Assembly: GCA_045611765.1 (NCBI GenBank)
Contig: JAZKXT010000012.1
Coordinates: forward strand, 119,440 to 183,439
Direction: 5' to 3'
Length of the DNA: 64,000 nucleotides
DNA from: Clostridia bacterium
Lineage (GTDB): Bacteria > Bacillota > Clostridia > TANB77 > CAG-465
The translations under genes were made by a program, and so were the position numbers. How positions within the stretch are numbered: the first letter of the stretch is position 1; each line of letters starts with the position of its first letter. The notes below the pieces were generated by a model that made no database searches, had not been told where the DNA came from, and saw nothing but the letters and a program-made list of their open reading frames with translations. Below are positions 47,717 to 56,925 of this stretch, piece by piece.

Positions 47717-49813
47717 ATGATGAAAAAACAAGGTATAACGATTACTATGTTGGTTGTAACGATTATATTAATGATAATTATAGCAGGAACAATAAGTTTT
47801 TCTATGTATTCAACAATAGAGTATTCAAGAATGTCAGCATGGGCAAATGAAATAATGTATATACAAGATGTGGTAGATGAAAATCTAAATTCTACTTCGG
47901 CAACAGAGTTCACATCTGGAGTTATTAGCATGAGTGTAGATCGTATAAACGCTGCGCAAAATCAATTTGAAGGTGAAAATATAAATGAATCCAATACACT
48001 TGAACTTAGAATTTTGGAATTAGGAAAACTAAAAATAACAACTACTAATTATGGTAATTTAGAAACTGAAACAGACGTGTATGCATTGTCTGAAACAACA
48101 GGAAAAGTATATTATGTAAGAGGAATTGAAGCGGATGAGGAGATATATTATACATTAACTGAAAGTCTAAGAAATAGGTATGAATTAACTCCAACACAAA
48201 ACGAGTTGGCTTCAGTAGTATTTGTTCCAAATACAATAAGCTATACAAACAATCCTGTACAAGTAACAGTAAAATTACCAAATACGTATACAAACATTAC
48301 AATTATTACATCTAATAATGAGATAGTTATTGGCGCGCAACAAGTACAAGAAAGCACGTATGAGTATTTAGTAAATGGTAATGGGATAGCGGGAAATTAC
48401 ATTATTACAGTATCATATAACAATGGAACAGAGCAACTAACGTCTACATACCAAGTAAAATCCTATGATGTTGAGAAACCAGTAATAGATGAAATAAAAT
48501 ACGAAAATATAGTCTACAAAGAAACAGATACACAAAAGGTAGAATATTTGACAAATATTACTGCAACAGATAATTCTGGTATAAAAGTAATAAAATATGC
48601 ATTGGGTGAAATAGCAGAAGAAAATGCCAAAGAATATTTTAGTCAAAATGGAACAACTGTATCAAATGATAGAATAAACTTAAATAGAGAGGCAACTGTG
48701 TATACAGTATATGTCGAAGATAAAGCAGGCAACTTTGCAATAACCACTTTCGATAAAAAGTATTTAGTTCCAGAAAGTTGGAAAGCAAGTATATGGTATA
48801 TTCAAGATAGAGTGCCAATACCAAAAGGTTTTGTAGCATCCGAAGCTACAGGCGAAAACACAAAAAATGGTGGCCTTGTAATATACGAAGGAACAACACC
48901 AGTAACTGACGCAAATGTAGAAGAGGCCAAAAGAGAAAGAAATCAATATGTATGGGTGCCAGTTTCTAACTCGACATTTGAAACTCAATTTGTAAGAAGA
49001 TTCCACACAGATATTTCTAACGAATTAGGTACTAATCTTTGGGAGATAGTACTAGATAAAAATACAAATATGCCGCTTGATGAGCAAGATGAACAATATG
49101 TATCTGCAACAACGTTAAAGGAAGCAAAAGCTATGTATTCTAGTGTGAAAAAATATGGTGGGTTTTATGTAGCACGTTATGAAGCGGGAATAGATAAAGC
49201 AAGAACTAGAAGTGACGTTAATTTGGAAGAAAAAATATATTCTATGATGGGGAAAATTCCGTACACTTATGTTATATGGGGTGAATCCATGGACAATGAA
49301 AAAGGCGGATCAGTAGAAGCTTCAAGAAACATATATCCTGCAGATAGTACAAATTATAGAGTAGTATCTACTTTAATATACGGTGTACAATGGGATACAA
49401 CTTTGCAGTGGATGCTAGATACTAAAGCCTTACCAAGTATAGATGAAAGCATAAATTATGGTAATTATAAAGCAAGTGTAATAAAAAGCGGAGACTTAAA
49501 TGAAGGGGCAAGATATGCTCTGTATAGTGATGAAGGAATACAAGAATACAAAGATGCTACTGGACTAACTAAAGAATCATCTACAATGTGGAGTTTAAGC
49601 ACGGGAGCTTTAAAATATGCCAAGATAAATAATATCTATGATATGGCTGGAAATATATACGAAAGAACAATGGAAGGCGCTTATACAAATGCACATTGTT
49701 TTCGTGGTGCCTCTTGGTATGGTACATATCCAATATCAGCTAGAGCGCAGTGGGCTACTATAGATATTATCGGTCCGGATTATGGCTTCCGTGTGGCATT
49801 ATACATAAAATGA
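47717..49813 (+). CDS. Large pilin-like protein (no Glu5) with Ig-like middle region and a C-terminal FGE-sulfatase (SUMF1)-like domain
   Basis: The N-terminus MMKKQG|ITITMLVVTIILMIIIAGTISF is pilin-like but has Met at +5. The C-terminal motifs FYVARYEAG, IYGVQWDTTLQW, NIYDMAGNIYERT, FRGASWYG and GFRVALY (about 49150-49810) parallel the FGE-sulfatase domain pattern. Confidence 0.65.
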   Translation: MMKKQGITITMLVVTIILMIIIAGTISFSMYSTIEYSRMSAWANEIMYIQDVVDENLNSTSATEFTSGVISMSVDRINAAQNQFEGENINESNTLELRILELGKLKITTTNYGNLETETDVYALSETTGKVYYVRGIEADEEIYYTLTESLRNRYELTPTQNELASVVFVPNTISYTNNPVQVTVKLPNTYTNITIITSNNEIVIGAQQVQESTYEYLVNGNGIAGNYIITVSYNNGTEQLTSTYQVKSYDVEKPVIDEIKYENIVYKETDTQKVEYLTNITATDNSGIKVIKYALGEIAEENAKEYFSQNGTTVSNDRINLNREATVYTVYVEDKAGNFAITTFDKKYLVPESWKASIWYIQDRVPIPKGFVASEATGENTKNGGLVIYEGTTPVTDANVEEAKRERNQYVWVPVSNSTFETQFVRRFHTDISNELGTNLWEIVLDKNTNMPLDEQDEQYVSATTLKEAKAMYSSVKKYGGFYVARYEAGIDKARTRSDVNLEEKIYSMMGKIPYTYVIWGESMDNEKGGSVEASRNIYPADSTNYRVVSTLIYGVQWDTTLQWMLDTKALPSIDESINYGNYKASVIKSGDLNEGARYALYSDEGIQEYKDATGLTKESSTMWSLSTGALKYAKINNIYDMAGNIYERTMEGAYTNAHCFRGASWYGTYPISARAQWATIDIIGPDYGFRVALYIK

Positions 49814-49932
49814 AACAAAAGATATTAACCACTTGACATGCGTGGTATAATATAACTGTACCTTATTCTAGGATATAATTTCCTCAGATTATTTCTTGGA
49901 TTAAGGCGAATTTAAATAAGGAGGAAAAAGTC

Positions 49933-50193
49933 ATGACTAAGGAAAGAAAGCAAGAAATTCTTAAAACTTTTGCTAAAGCTGAAGGCGACACTGGTTCAAC
50001 AGAAGTACAAGTAGCATTACTTACTGAAAGAATCAATGAGTTAACAGAACATTTAAAAACTCATAAAAAAGATGAACATTCAAGACGTGGCCTTTTAATT
50101 ATGGTTGGTAAAAGAAAAAGATTATTATCTTACCTTGAAAAAGTAGATATCGAAAGATATAGAGATATCAAAGCTAAATTAGGAATAAGATAG
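49933..50193 (+). CDS. rpsO: 30S ribosomal protein S15
   Basis: [48 protein letters not shown]. 86 aa. Confidence 0.95.
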   Translation: MTKERKQEILKTFAKAEGDTGSTEVQVALLTERINELTEHLKTHKKDEHSRRGLLIMVGKRKRLLSYLEKVDIERYRDIKAKLGIR

Positions 50194-50198
50194 TCAAA

Positions 50199-50243
50199 TA
50201 CACCATTTAACTTTATTTAATAAAGTTAAGTGGTGTTATTTTT
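50199..50243 (+). terminator. Rho-independent terminator after rpsO
   Basis: CACCATTTAACTTTA / TAAAGTTAAGTGGTG 15-bp stem followed by TTATTTTTT. Confidence 0.8.
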
Positions 50244-50372
50244 TATAGTATTTTGTATTTTTTTATTTGTTTTTCAATTTTACTATTTAATTATTTTGTT
50301 AATTGTGATAGGATATACAAAAATATCATAGGAATATTAGTTGTAGTTATAATAGTATAGAGAGGGATTTAA

Positions 50373-53036
50373 ATGAAAGAACAAGAAATGTACAAATATA
50401 CTGTCGAAGAAGTTTTTGAAAAACTTGAAACGAACAGAAATGGTCTAGCTGAAACTGAAGCTGAAAATAGGCAAGTGGAGTATGGACCAAATAAACTAGT
50501 AGAAGGAAAGAAGAAAACAATACTCGCAAGATTTATAGAACAGCTAAAAAATGTTATGATAATCATTCTATTAATAGCGGCAATAGTTTCGTTTGTAGTT
50601 GCTAAAATAGAAAATGAAAGCTACACGGATTCCATAGTAATATTTGCAGTAGTTATAATGAATGCGGTGCTAGGTGTTGCACAGGAGGCTAAAGCAGATA
50701 AAGCTATAGATGCTCTAAAAAAAATGTCTCTTCCATATATTAAGGTAAGACGTAATGGAAGAATAGAGAGTATAAAGACAGAAGAATTAGTTGTTGGAGA
50801 TATAGTATTAATTGAAGCTGGAGATTTTGTACCAGCGGATATGAGAATTATAGAGTGCAATAGTATAAAAGTAGAAGAAGCATCGCTCACAGGTGAGTCT
50901 TTACCAGTTAGCAAATTTGTTGATGTTATAAATGAAGATACGGCGTTAGCAGATAGAAGAAACATGTTGTATTCTGGAAGCAGTGTAGTATATGGTAGAG
51001 GCGAAGGTGTAGTTACCGCTATTGGAATGGATACAGAACTAGGCAAAATAGCAACTATGCTTACAGATACAAAAGAATCGCTTACTCCACTTCAAAGAAA
51101 AATGAACGAGATAAGTAAGGTTTTGAGTATTGTTGTAGTTGTTATAGGATTTGCAATGGTTATACTAGGGATGATACAAGGAAACAAACTATTAGAAATA
51201 TTTATGCTTTCAGTATCGCTTGCGGTAGCAGCAATTCCAGAAGGACTTCCAGCATCTATTACAATAATACTTTCAATTGGTGTGCAGAAAATGGCAAAAG
51301 AACATAGTATTGTTAGAAAACTAGCATCAGTCGAAACATTAGGAGCAACTGAAATAATATGTTCAGATAAAACAGGAACGCTAACACAAAACAAAATGAC
51401 AGTAACAGAAATAAATTTAGGTGGAGAACGTATACAGGTACAAGATTTAAAGTATGATGAAAAAAATAGTCCATTAGATACATTTATAAAAAATATGATG
51501 CTATGTAATGATGTAAAGATTAATAAGGTGGAGGACGGCTTTTTAGGAGACCCAACAGAAATTGCATTAGTGGCTTTAGGAACTAAATTAGGACTAGATA
51601 AGGAATTAGTAGACACAAGATATAAAAGGGTAGCAGAACTTCCTTTTGATTCAGAAAGAAAGCTTATGACTACGGTAAATAACCAAGATGGCAAGCTTGT
51701 AGTAAATGTAAAAGGTGCAACTGAAGGACTAGTAGAAAGATGTACAAAAGCTTTAATATCTGGAAATCTTGTGGATATGACAGAGGATATTAAGTCTAGA
51801 ATATTAGAAGCGAATGCAGAAATGTCTTCTAGAGCATTAAGAGTATTAGGTTTTGCATATAAAGAAATAAATGCATTACCGGAAGAGGTATCTACAGAAA
51901 CATTAGAAAACGATTTGGTATATGTGGGACTTGTTGGTATGATAGACCCTCCACGTCCCGAGGTTAAGCAAGCAGTTAAGGATTGCTTCTCAGCTGGAAT
52001 GCTTCCTATTATGATAACAGGGGATAGTATTTCAACTGCGGTTGCAATTGCTAAAGATATTGGTATTTTAGAAGATGGTAAAGAAGCAATAACTGGCCAA
52101 CAGTTAGATGCCATGAGTGACGAAGAATTTGAAAAGAGAATAAATAACATCCGTGTATATGCAAGAGTTTCTCCGGAAAACAAGGTTCGTATAGTTAAAG
52201 TGTGGAAGAAACTTGGTAAGACTGTTGCAATGACAGGTGATGGAGTAAACGATGCGCCAGCTCTTAAAACAGCAGATATTGGAGTTGGAATGGGAATAAC
52301 AGGTACGGAAGTATCTAAAAGCGTAGCAAGTATGGTACTTACAGATGATAATTTCGCGTCAATAGTAGTTGCTGTTAAAGAGGGAAGAAGAGTATATAAA
52401 AATATACAAAACGTAATAGCTTATCTTTTGGCATCTAATATAGCAGAAGTATTAATTGTATTTATAGCAAAGATATTTAATAGTACTGTGTTTTCGCCAC
52501 TACATTTGTTGTGGATTAATTTAATAACAGATGCAATACCAGCTATGACATTAGGGTTTGAACCTGCAGACAAAAATTCAATGAAAGAAAAGCCAAGAAA
52601 AGCAGATGAGAAATTCTTTAATCCGTTTTTAATAACAAGAATTGTTGTACCAGCAGTTATTAAAAGCATTATGGTATTAGCTTTATACTTCTTTGTAGAA
52701 ACAAATCCGTTATATGACCACACGCATGCTATGACGGTGGCATTTATAGCGTTGTCATTTGCAGAATTGTTATTTGCATTTGTAATTCGTTCAGATAGGA
52801 AATCTATAATAAGTACAGGATTATTAACAAACCCACAATTATTACTAGGAGTATTGGCAATAATTGTAATACAACTATGCGTAATATTTATACCAGTAAT
52901 AAGCAGTATATTTGAGTTGGTTAGACTAGACAGTTCGCTATATATATTGTCTATAGGTTCGGCGTTTGCATATATGTTTATTGCAGAAATAGCAAAACAA
53001 ATTATTGCAAAAAGATTTAAATTAAAAAAAGCATAA
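50373..53036 (+). CDS. P-type (type IIA, Ca2+-transporting-like) cation ATPase
   Basis: Contains TGES, the phosphorylation site ICSDKTGTLTQN, MITGD, the hinge VAMTGDGVNDAPALK and 10 TM segments. 887 aa. Confidence 0.9.
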   Translation: MKEQEMYKYTVEEVFEKLETNRNGLAETEAENRQVEYGPNKLVEGKKKTILARFIEQLKNVMIIILLIAAIVSFVVAKIENESYTDSIVIFAVVIMNAVLGVAQEAKADKAIDALKKMSLPYIKVRRNGRIESIKTEELVVGDIVLIEAGDFVPADMRIIECNSIKVEEASLTGESLPVSKFVDVINEDTALADRRNMLYSGSSVVYGRGEGVVTAIGMDTELGKIATMLTDTKESLTPLQRKMNEISKVLSIVVVVIGFAMVILGMIQGNKLLEIFMLSVSLAVAAIPEGLPASITIILSIGVQKMAKEHSIVRKLASVETLGATEIICSDKTGTLTQNKMTVTEINLGGERIQVQDLKYDEKNSPLDTFIKNMMLCNDVKINKVEDGFLGDPTEIALVALGTKLGLDKELVDTRYKRVAELPFDSERKLMTTVNNQDGKLVVNVKGATEGLVERCTKALISGNLVDMTEDIKSRILEANAEMSSRALRVLGFAYKEINALPEEVSTETLENDLVYVGLVGMIDPPRPEVKQAVKDCFSAGMLPIMITGDSISTAVAIAKDIGILEDGKEAITGQQLDAMSDEEFEKRINNIRVYARVSPENKVRIVKVWKKLGKTVAMTGDGVNDAPALKTADIGVGMGITGTEVSKSVASMVLTDDNFASIVVAVKEGRRVYKNIQNVIAYLLASNIAEVLIVFIAKIFNSTVFSPLHLLWINLITDAIPAMTLGFEPADKNSMKEKPRKADEKFFNPFLITRIVVPAVIKSIMVLALYFFVETNPLYDHTHAMTVAFIALSFAELLFAFVIRSDRKSIISTGLLTNPQLLLGVLAIIVIQLCVIFIPVISSIFELVRLDSSLYILSIGSAFAYMFIAEIAKQIIAKRFKLKKA

Positions 53037-53044
53037 TGTTAATA

Positions 53045-53089
53045 AAAGGAAACGGTTTTTAGGTTAATTTATAAAACCGTTTCCTTTTT
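53045..53089 (+). terminator. Rho-independent terminator after the ATPase gene
   Basis: AAAGGAAACGGTTTT / AAAACCGTTTCCTTT 15-bp stem followed by TT. Confidence 0.8.
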
Positions 53090-53179
53090 CAGTTATTTTC
53101 TTTTAAAACAGCTCTTTATTAACAAATTAAAGAATATTTTTTAATAAAAAAAATATATATACGAGTAGAGGTGTTAAAA

Positions 53180-53773
53180 ATGGGAAACAATATAAATGGT
53201 GAAAGAAACAGTGTTAATAACTATAACGGTACTAATAATAATTTTAATAACAATTTTAATAACAATAGCTCAGGATTTAATATAAGTAATTTGTTTAACT
53301 TAAATCGTTTAGGAAATTTATTTAGGTTTGGTGGAAATGGTAGAGGAAACATGTCTAATAATCCTTTAGCTCAAATTGGAAAAATGTTTGGTATGAACAG
53401 TAGACAGAGGCAAACAAGCATGCCCGTTAAAGTGTTACCAATAGAAGAGGCGTATAGGCGAGTAAAAAGTGGTGAATGTTTTTTGTTGGATGTAAGAACG
53501 GAAATGGAATATAATACGGTAAGAATAAAGGGGAGTGTGAATATTCCTCTAGACAAATTACAAACAGACATTTCACAAATAGTAGTTAATAAGGATGAGT
53601 GTATCCTAGTATACTGTGCTACAGGTTCAAGAGTGCGTAGAGCAATACAGCTACTTTGGGCTTTAGGATACAACAATATTTGTATATGGGAAGGGGCGGG
53701 AATTAATACATTTGCATTTGCAGACTTAATAATATATAATGATAAAAGATTAGAAGGCGGAAGTTCTAATTAG
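53180..53773 (+). CDS. Rhodanese-domain sulfurtransferase with an Asn-rich low-complexity N-terminus
   Basis: Rhodanese core LLDVRTEMEYNTVRIKGSVNIP with active-site loop VYCATGSRVRRA. The N-terminal ~60 aa are Asn/Gly/Phe-rich. I prefer the ATG at 53180. Confidence 0.75.
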   Translation: MGNNINGERNSVNNYNGTNNNFNNNFNNNSSGFNISNLFNLNRLGNLFRFGGNGRGNMSNNPLAQIGKMFGMNSRQRQTSMPVKVLPIEEAYRRVKSGECFLLDVRTEMEYNTVRIKGSVNIPLDKLQTDISQIVVNKDECILVYCATGSRVRRAIQLLWALGYNNICIWEGAGINTFAFADLIIYNDKRLEGGSSN

Positions 53774-53787
53774 GAAGGAGAATACAA

Positions 53788-54099
53788 ATGACGGAATTAA
53801 ATGATAATAACTTTAAAAGTGAAATAAAAAATAGAAAACTAGTATTAGTAGATTTTTACGCCACATGGTGTGGACCTTGTGGAATGCAAGCAAAAGTGCT
53901 AGAAAAATTTGAGACTTCTAGAAGCGTAGATGTGGATATAGTGAAAGTTAATGTGGATGAAGCACCGATGACTGCTTTAGAATATGATATCGATTCAATA
54001 CCAACACTGATGATATTTAAAGATAATAAACTTATAAAAAGAATAGTAGGGTACACTGGGGAGGATGAATTATTAAAGATTATAGAGAACGTCAGATGA
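53788..54099 (+). CDS. trxA: Thioredoxin
   Basis: 103 aa with VLVDFYATWCGPCGMQAKVLE (WCGPC active site) and a downstream IPTLMIFKD. Confidence 0.92.
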   Translation: MTELNDNNFKSEIKNRKLVLVDFYATWCGPCGMQAKVLEKFETSRSVDVDIVKVNVDEAPMTALEYDIDSIPTLMIFKDNKLIKRIVGYTGEDELLKIIENVR

Positions 54100-54274
54100 C
54101 AAACCTCTAAAAATATAGCCTAGCAAGGATTTTTGTAATATTTACGTAACACAAAAGGAAATACTTTGTAACATAAATGTTATGTTTTTGTAGTTGATTT
54201 TATGTAATTTTATTACTATAATGTTAGTATAAAAATAAATATATTAATATTATTTCTACAAAAGAGGTGTTTAT

Positions 54275-55363
54275 ATGAAAGGATTTTTTGAAAGACAATG
54301 GGATTTATTCCTAAACGACATGCAAGAGGTAGGAGAATTTTTCTTGAACGCATTCGGCGCCAACGAACAATTAATGTTAGATGCTCCTAAATCAGCTGAA
54401 CCTAAAGAAGGTTTCTTTGCAAGAGAATGGAGATTATTTTTGCAAGACATGCAAGATTGTGGAGAAATGATAATGAGTGCCTTTGGATTCGAAGACGACA
54501 AATTATTATTAGATGCTCCAGATGAAGCAAAAGTAGAAGATAGACCAGGCTTCTTTAAAAGAGAATGGGAACTATTTAAAACAGATTTAGACAATGCCAA
54601 CACAGCGTTAGAAAACTTGTTTGGCATTGAAAAAAAAAATGATGTAATTTTTGAACAAGCTTCTGAACCAGTATATTTAAAAGATGAAGTGGACTTGAAA
54701 CTAGAGTCATTTCTTGGAGAACCAATAGATGAGTTGAAAGAAAGTGCTTGCGGAGATAGAACACAACATGAAGTGCTTCGTGAGTATGCAACATTCTTTA
54801 AACCATATTCTGAAAATCCAGAAATGTGTCAAGCAGCATTTAAAAAATACTATGACAGACACGCGTTAAAAATGGCAGTAAACGAATTTCCAGTAGACCA
54901 AGTTAGAATAATCCAAAACAATGTGGATATATTCATAAAAGACCAAGAAATGTTTGGCGAAGGTGGACAATTTATAGATTCAAGAGTTGACACTGTATTT
55001 GAAAAAGCTGGAATAGATGAAGTAAACAAAATGGTAGGAATACTAAGCAATACTTTAACTGACGGAAAAAATCTACAAGGTGAAAGATTATTTGCTGAAG
55101 CAGTAAGTCACATGGTAGATAACGGAATTAAAGTAGGCAAAGATAAGTCTTTAGTAGCACCAGTTAAAAAATCTCTTGAAGCAAAATTGGATGAAGTTCA
55201 TAACTCTTTAAGAGCGCATGAAGATTGGAATGAAGACTACCAAGCTTTACTTTCTCAAGAAAGAAAATATTTATATGCTTTAAATAGAATAGAGCAATAT
55301 GAAACAGAACAAAGAATATCTGAATTCGAATCAAAATTAAACGAATTAGATGTTATAGTTTAG
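54275..55363 (+). CDS. Hypothetical protein with three N-terminal ~45-aa tandem repeats
   Basis: 362 aa with a good RBS (AGAGGTG). The repeats are GFF.R.W.LF..D....[GA]......FG.....L.LDAP. No family recognised. Confidence 0.6.
   Translation: MKGFFERQWDLFLNDMQEVGEFFLNAFGANEQLMLDAPKSAEPKEGFFAREWRLFLQDMQDCGEMIMSAFGFEDDKLLLDAPDEAKVEDRPGFFKREWELFKTDLDNANTALENLFGIEKKNDVIFEQASEPVYLKDEVDLKLESFLGEPIDELKESACGDRTQHEVLREYATFFKPYSENPEMCQAAFKKYYDRHALKMAVNEFPVDQVRIIQNNVDIFIKDQEMFGEGGQFIDSRVDTVFEKAGIDEVNKMVGILSNTLTDGKNLQGERLFAEAVSHMVDNGIKVGKDKSLVAPVKKSLEAKLDEVHNSLRAHEDWNEDYQALLSQERKYLYALNRIEQYETEQRISEFESKLNELDVIV
54281..54670 (+). repeat. Three tandem coding repeats (129-138 bp units) at the 5' end of the 54275 gene
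   Basis: Units start at 54281, 54410 and 54548 and encode GFFERQWDLFLNDMQ.., GFFAREWRLFLQDMQ.. and GFFKREWELFKTDLD.. Confidence 0.8.
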
Positions 55364-55505
55364 AATATTAAGTAGCCTATATATGGGCTACTTTTTTATA
55401 GCTAAAAAACAGAAATATTACTGCAATAAATTCTAAAAACCCTTTACATTTAGCACATTTTGGTATAATATATCATTGTAGAATTATAACAAAAGGTGGA
55501 GAAAA

Positions 55506-56915
55506 ATGAGAGTTGAATTAAAAGTACAAAAAGATGGCGTAAATACGCTAAAAGATGAGATACTATCACATAGTAATAGCAAACTAAAGAAAATATATAT
55601 CTTAGCTAGCGATATTAAAGAAACCGGCTATGATATAGTAGAGGAGTGTTTAATAGATTTAAAGGCAAGAAAATTTATAGCTTTAGGAATAGATAGGAAA
55701 AATACAACAAGAAAAATGCTTGAAAATGTTCTTAAATATACAAAGAATGTATATGTTTGGGATAATAACGCAGACGTAGAAATAAATGTAAGTATTTTTG
55801 TTTTTGAATATGAAGATGAAGGTATAGTTTACCTAGTTCAAGGTGGACTTACAGATAGTATGTTAGAAACAGACGTATCTATTTATACAAAACTTACATA
55901 TGACTTAATAAAAGATAAAAAAGAGTATGAAGAATATATAGATGGCATGACAAAACTAGTTAAAGAGAACTTGGTAAAATTGGAGAAAGCATATATAGAC
56001 GAACTTGCAGAGAACAAATTAATATTTACAACTAAACAATATATGCATGTTGTTCCAAGTATCGCAGAACTTTTAGGTAAAAAAGATGACGAAAAATTAG
56101 CACAAGTTGAAGAGGCTCCAAAGAAACTTCCAAAAGTGGAACTAGATGTTAATGAGTTAGATGCCTTTGAAATAGACTTAGGTGATGTGGCAGAAGTGGA
56201 AATAGAAATGGAAGAACCAGCTATTATTGAACAAGTTGAAGAAGGAAATGAAGAGCAAGTAGCAAATGCGGCTTTTGAATTAGCTGAGGAAGGTTTTACA
56301 GACGAAGCTGAAGAAGAATATGTAATTTCTGATGAAGTTATAGATATGGAGTCTTTAGTTCTTGAAAGTAAAGTTGTTAGGCTAGATAAAGGAGATATAC
56401 AAAAAGCTAAAAAGAAAGACGATACAGTCAAAGAGTCAGAAAAACAAACTTCTAAAAAGATAAAATTAGACAAAGTTTCTAATATAATAATGGAGCTTGC
56501 ATCAAAACCAACCAAAGGAAAAGATGTAAATAAAATAAAAGTACCAAACTATATTAAAGATATGGTACCGCAATTCTTTGAAATAATGGATGATGCTAAA
56601 CTTTTAAAAACAGATGATGGGGAATACAAGGAAGCTGTAGTTAAGCTTGAAATAATAGACGTAAATAATGGAATTAAACTTGTAGATGGCGAAGCTAAAA
56701 TTAAACAAAAAGTAGGTCAGACATATATAGAGTTTGAAACGGATAAATTAATAGATGTAGCGTATGAAGAATTAGATATAGCAAGGGTTATAAAACTTGC
56801 TAAGGATTATTATCACATAGAAATAATTCCTCAAGGAATAGAAGAATATAACTTATGGGATAAAATGTGTACAAACAGTTTTAGGGGAAGTAGTAGACAA
56901 TACGGACTTATGTAA
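55506..56915 (+). CDS. Hypothetical acidic protein: N-terminal degenerate PLD-like domain, acidic linker, C-terminal domain
   Basis: 469 aa with a good RBS (AAGGTGGAG). The N-terminal pattern IALGIDRKNTT....VEINVSIFVFEYEDEGIVYLVQGGLTDSML resembles a PLD/NucT-type fold (FHxKxYxF...GSxNLT) but lacks the His and Lys. This assignment is by eye only. Confidence 0.5.
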   Translation: MRVELKVQKDGVNTLKDEILSHSNSKLKKIYILASDIKETGYDIVEECLIDLKARKFIALGIDRKNTTRKMLENVLKYTKNVYVWDNNADVEINVSIFVFEYEDEGIVYLVQGGLTDSMLETDVSIYTKLTYDLIKDKKEYEEYIDGMTKLVKENLVKLEKAYIDELAENKLIFTTKQYMHVVPSIAELLGKKDDEKLAQVEEAPKKLPKVELDVNELDAFEIDLGDVAEVEIEMEEPAIIEQVEEGNEEQVANAAFELAEEGFTDEAEEEYVISDEVIDMESLVLESKVVRLDKGDIQKAKKKDDTVKESEKQTSKKIKLDKVSNIIMELASKPTKGKDVNKIKVPNYIKDMVPQFFEIMDDAKLLKTDDGEYKEAVVKLEIIDVNNGIKLVDGEAKIKQKVGQTYIEFETDKLIDVAYEELDIARVIKLAKDYYHIEIIPQGIEEYNLWDKMCTNSFRGSSRQYGLM

Positions 56916-56925
56916 GGAGCAATAA

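Noticed and set aside
49833-49851. TTGACA at 49833 and TGgTATAAT at 49843-49851 could form the rpsO promoter pair.
   Set aside because: The two hexamers are only 7 nt apart, so they cannot work together. An extended -10 promoter alone is possible but unproven, so I did not list it as a feature.
51092-52183. 363-aa ORF antisense to the P-type ATPase gene. Similar long antisense ORFs occur at 55883-56515, 59958-60512, 62849-63361, 23570-24010, 5417-5887, 17916-18392 and 40957-41424.
   Set aside because: All of them lie entirely inside well-supported genes on the other strand. They encode Ser/Phe/Ile-rich low-complexity sequence typical of the reverse complement of Glu/Lys-rich coding DNA, and they lack ribosome-binding sites. 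They are frame artefacts.
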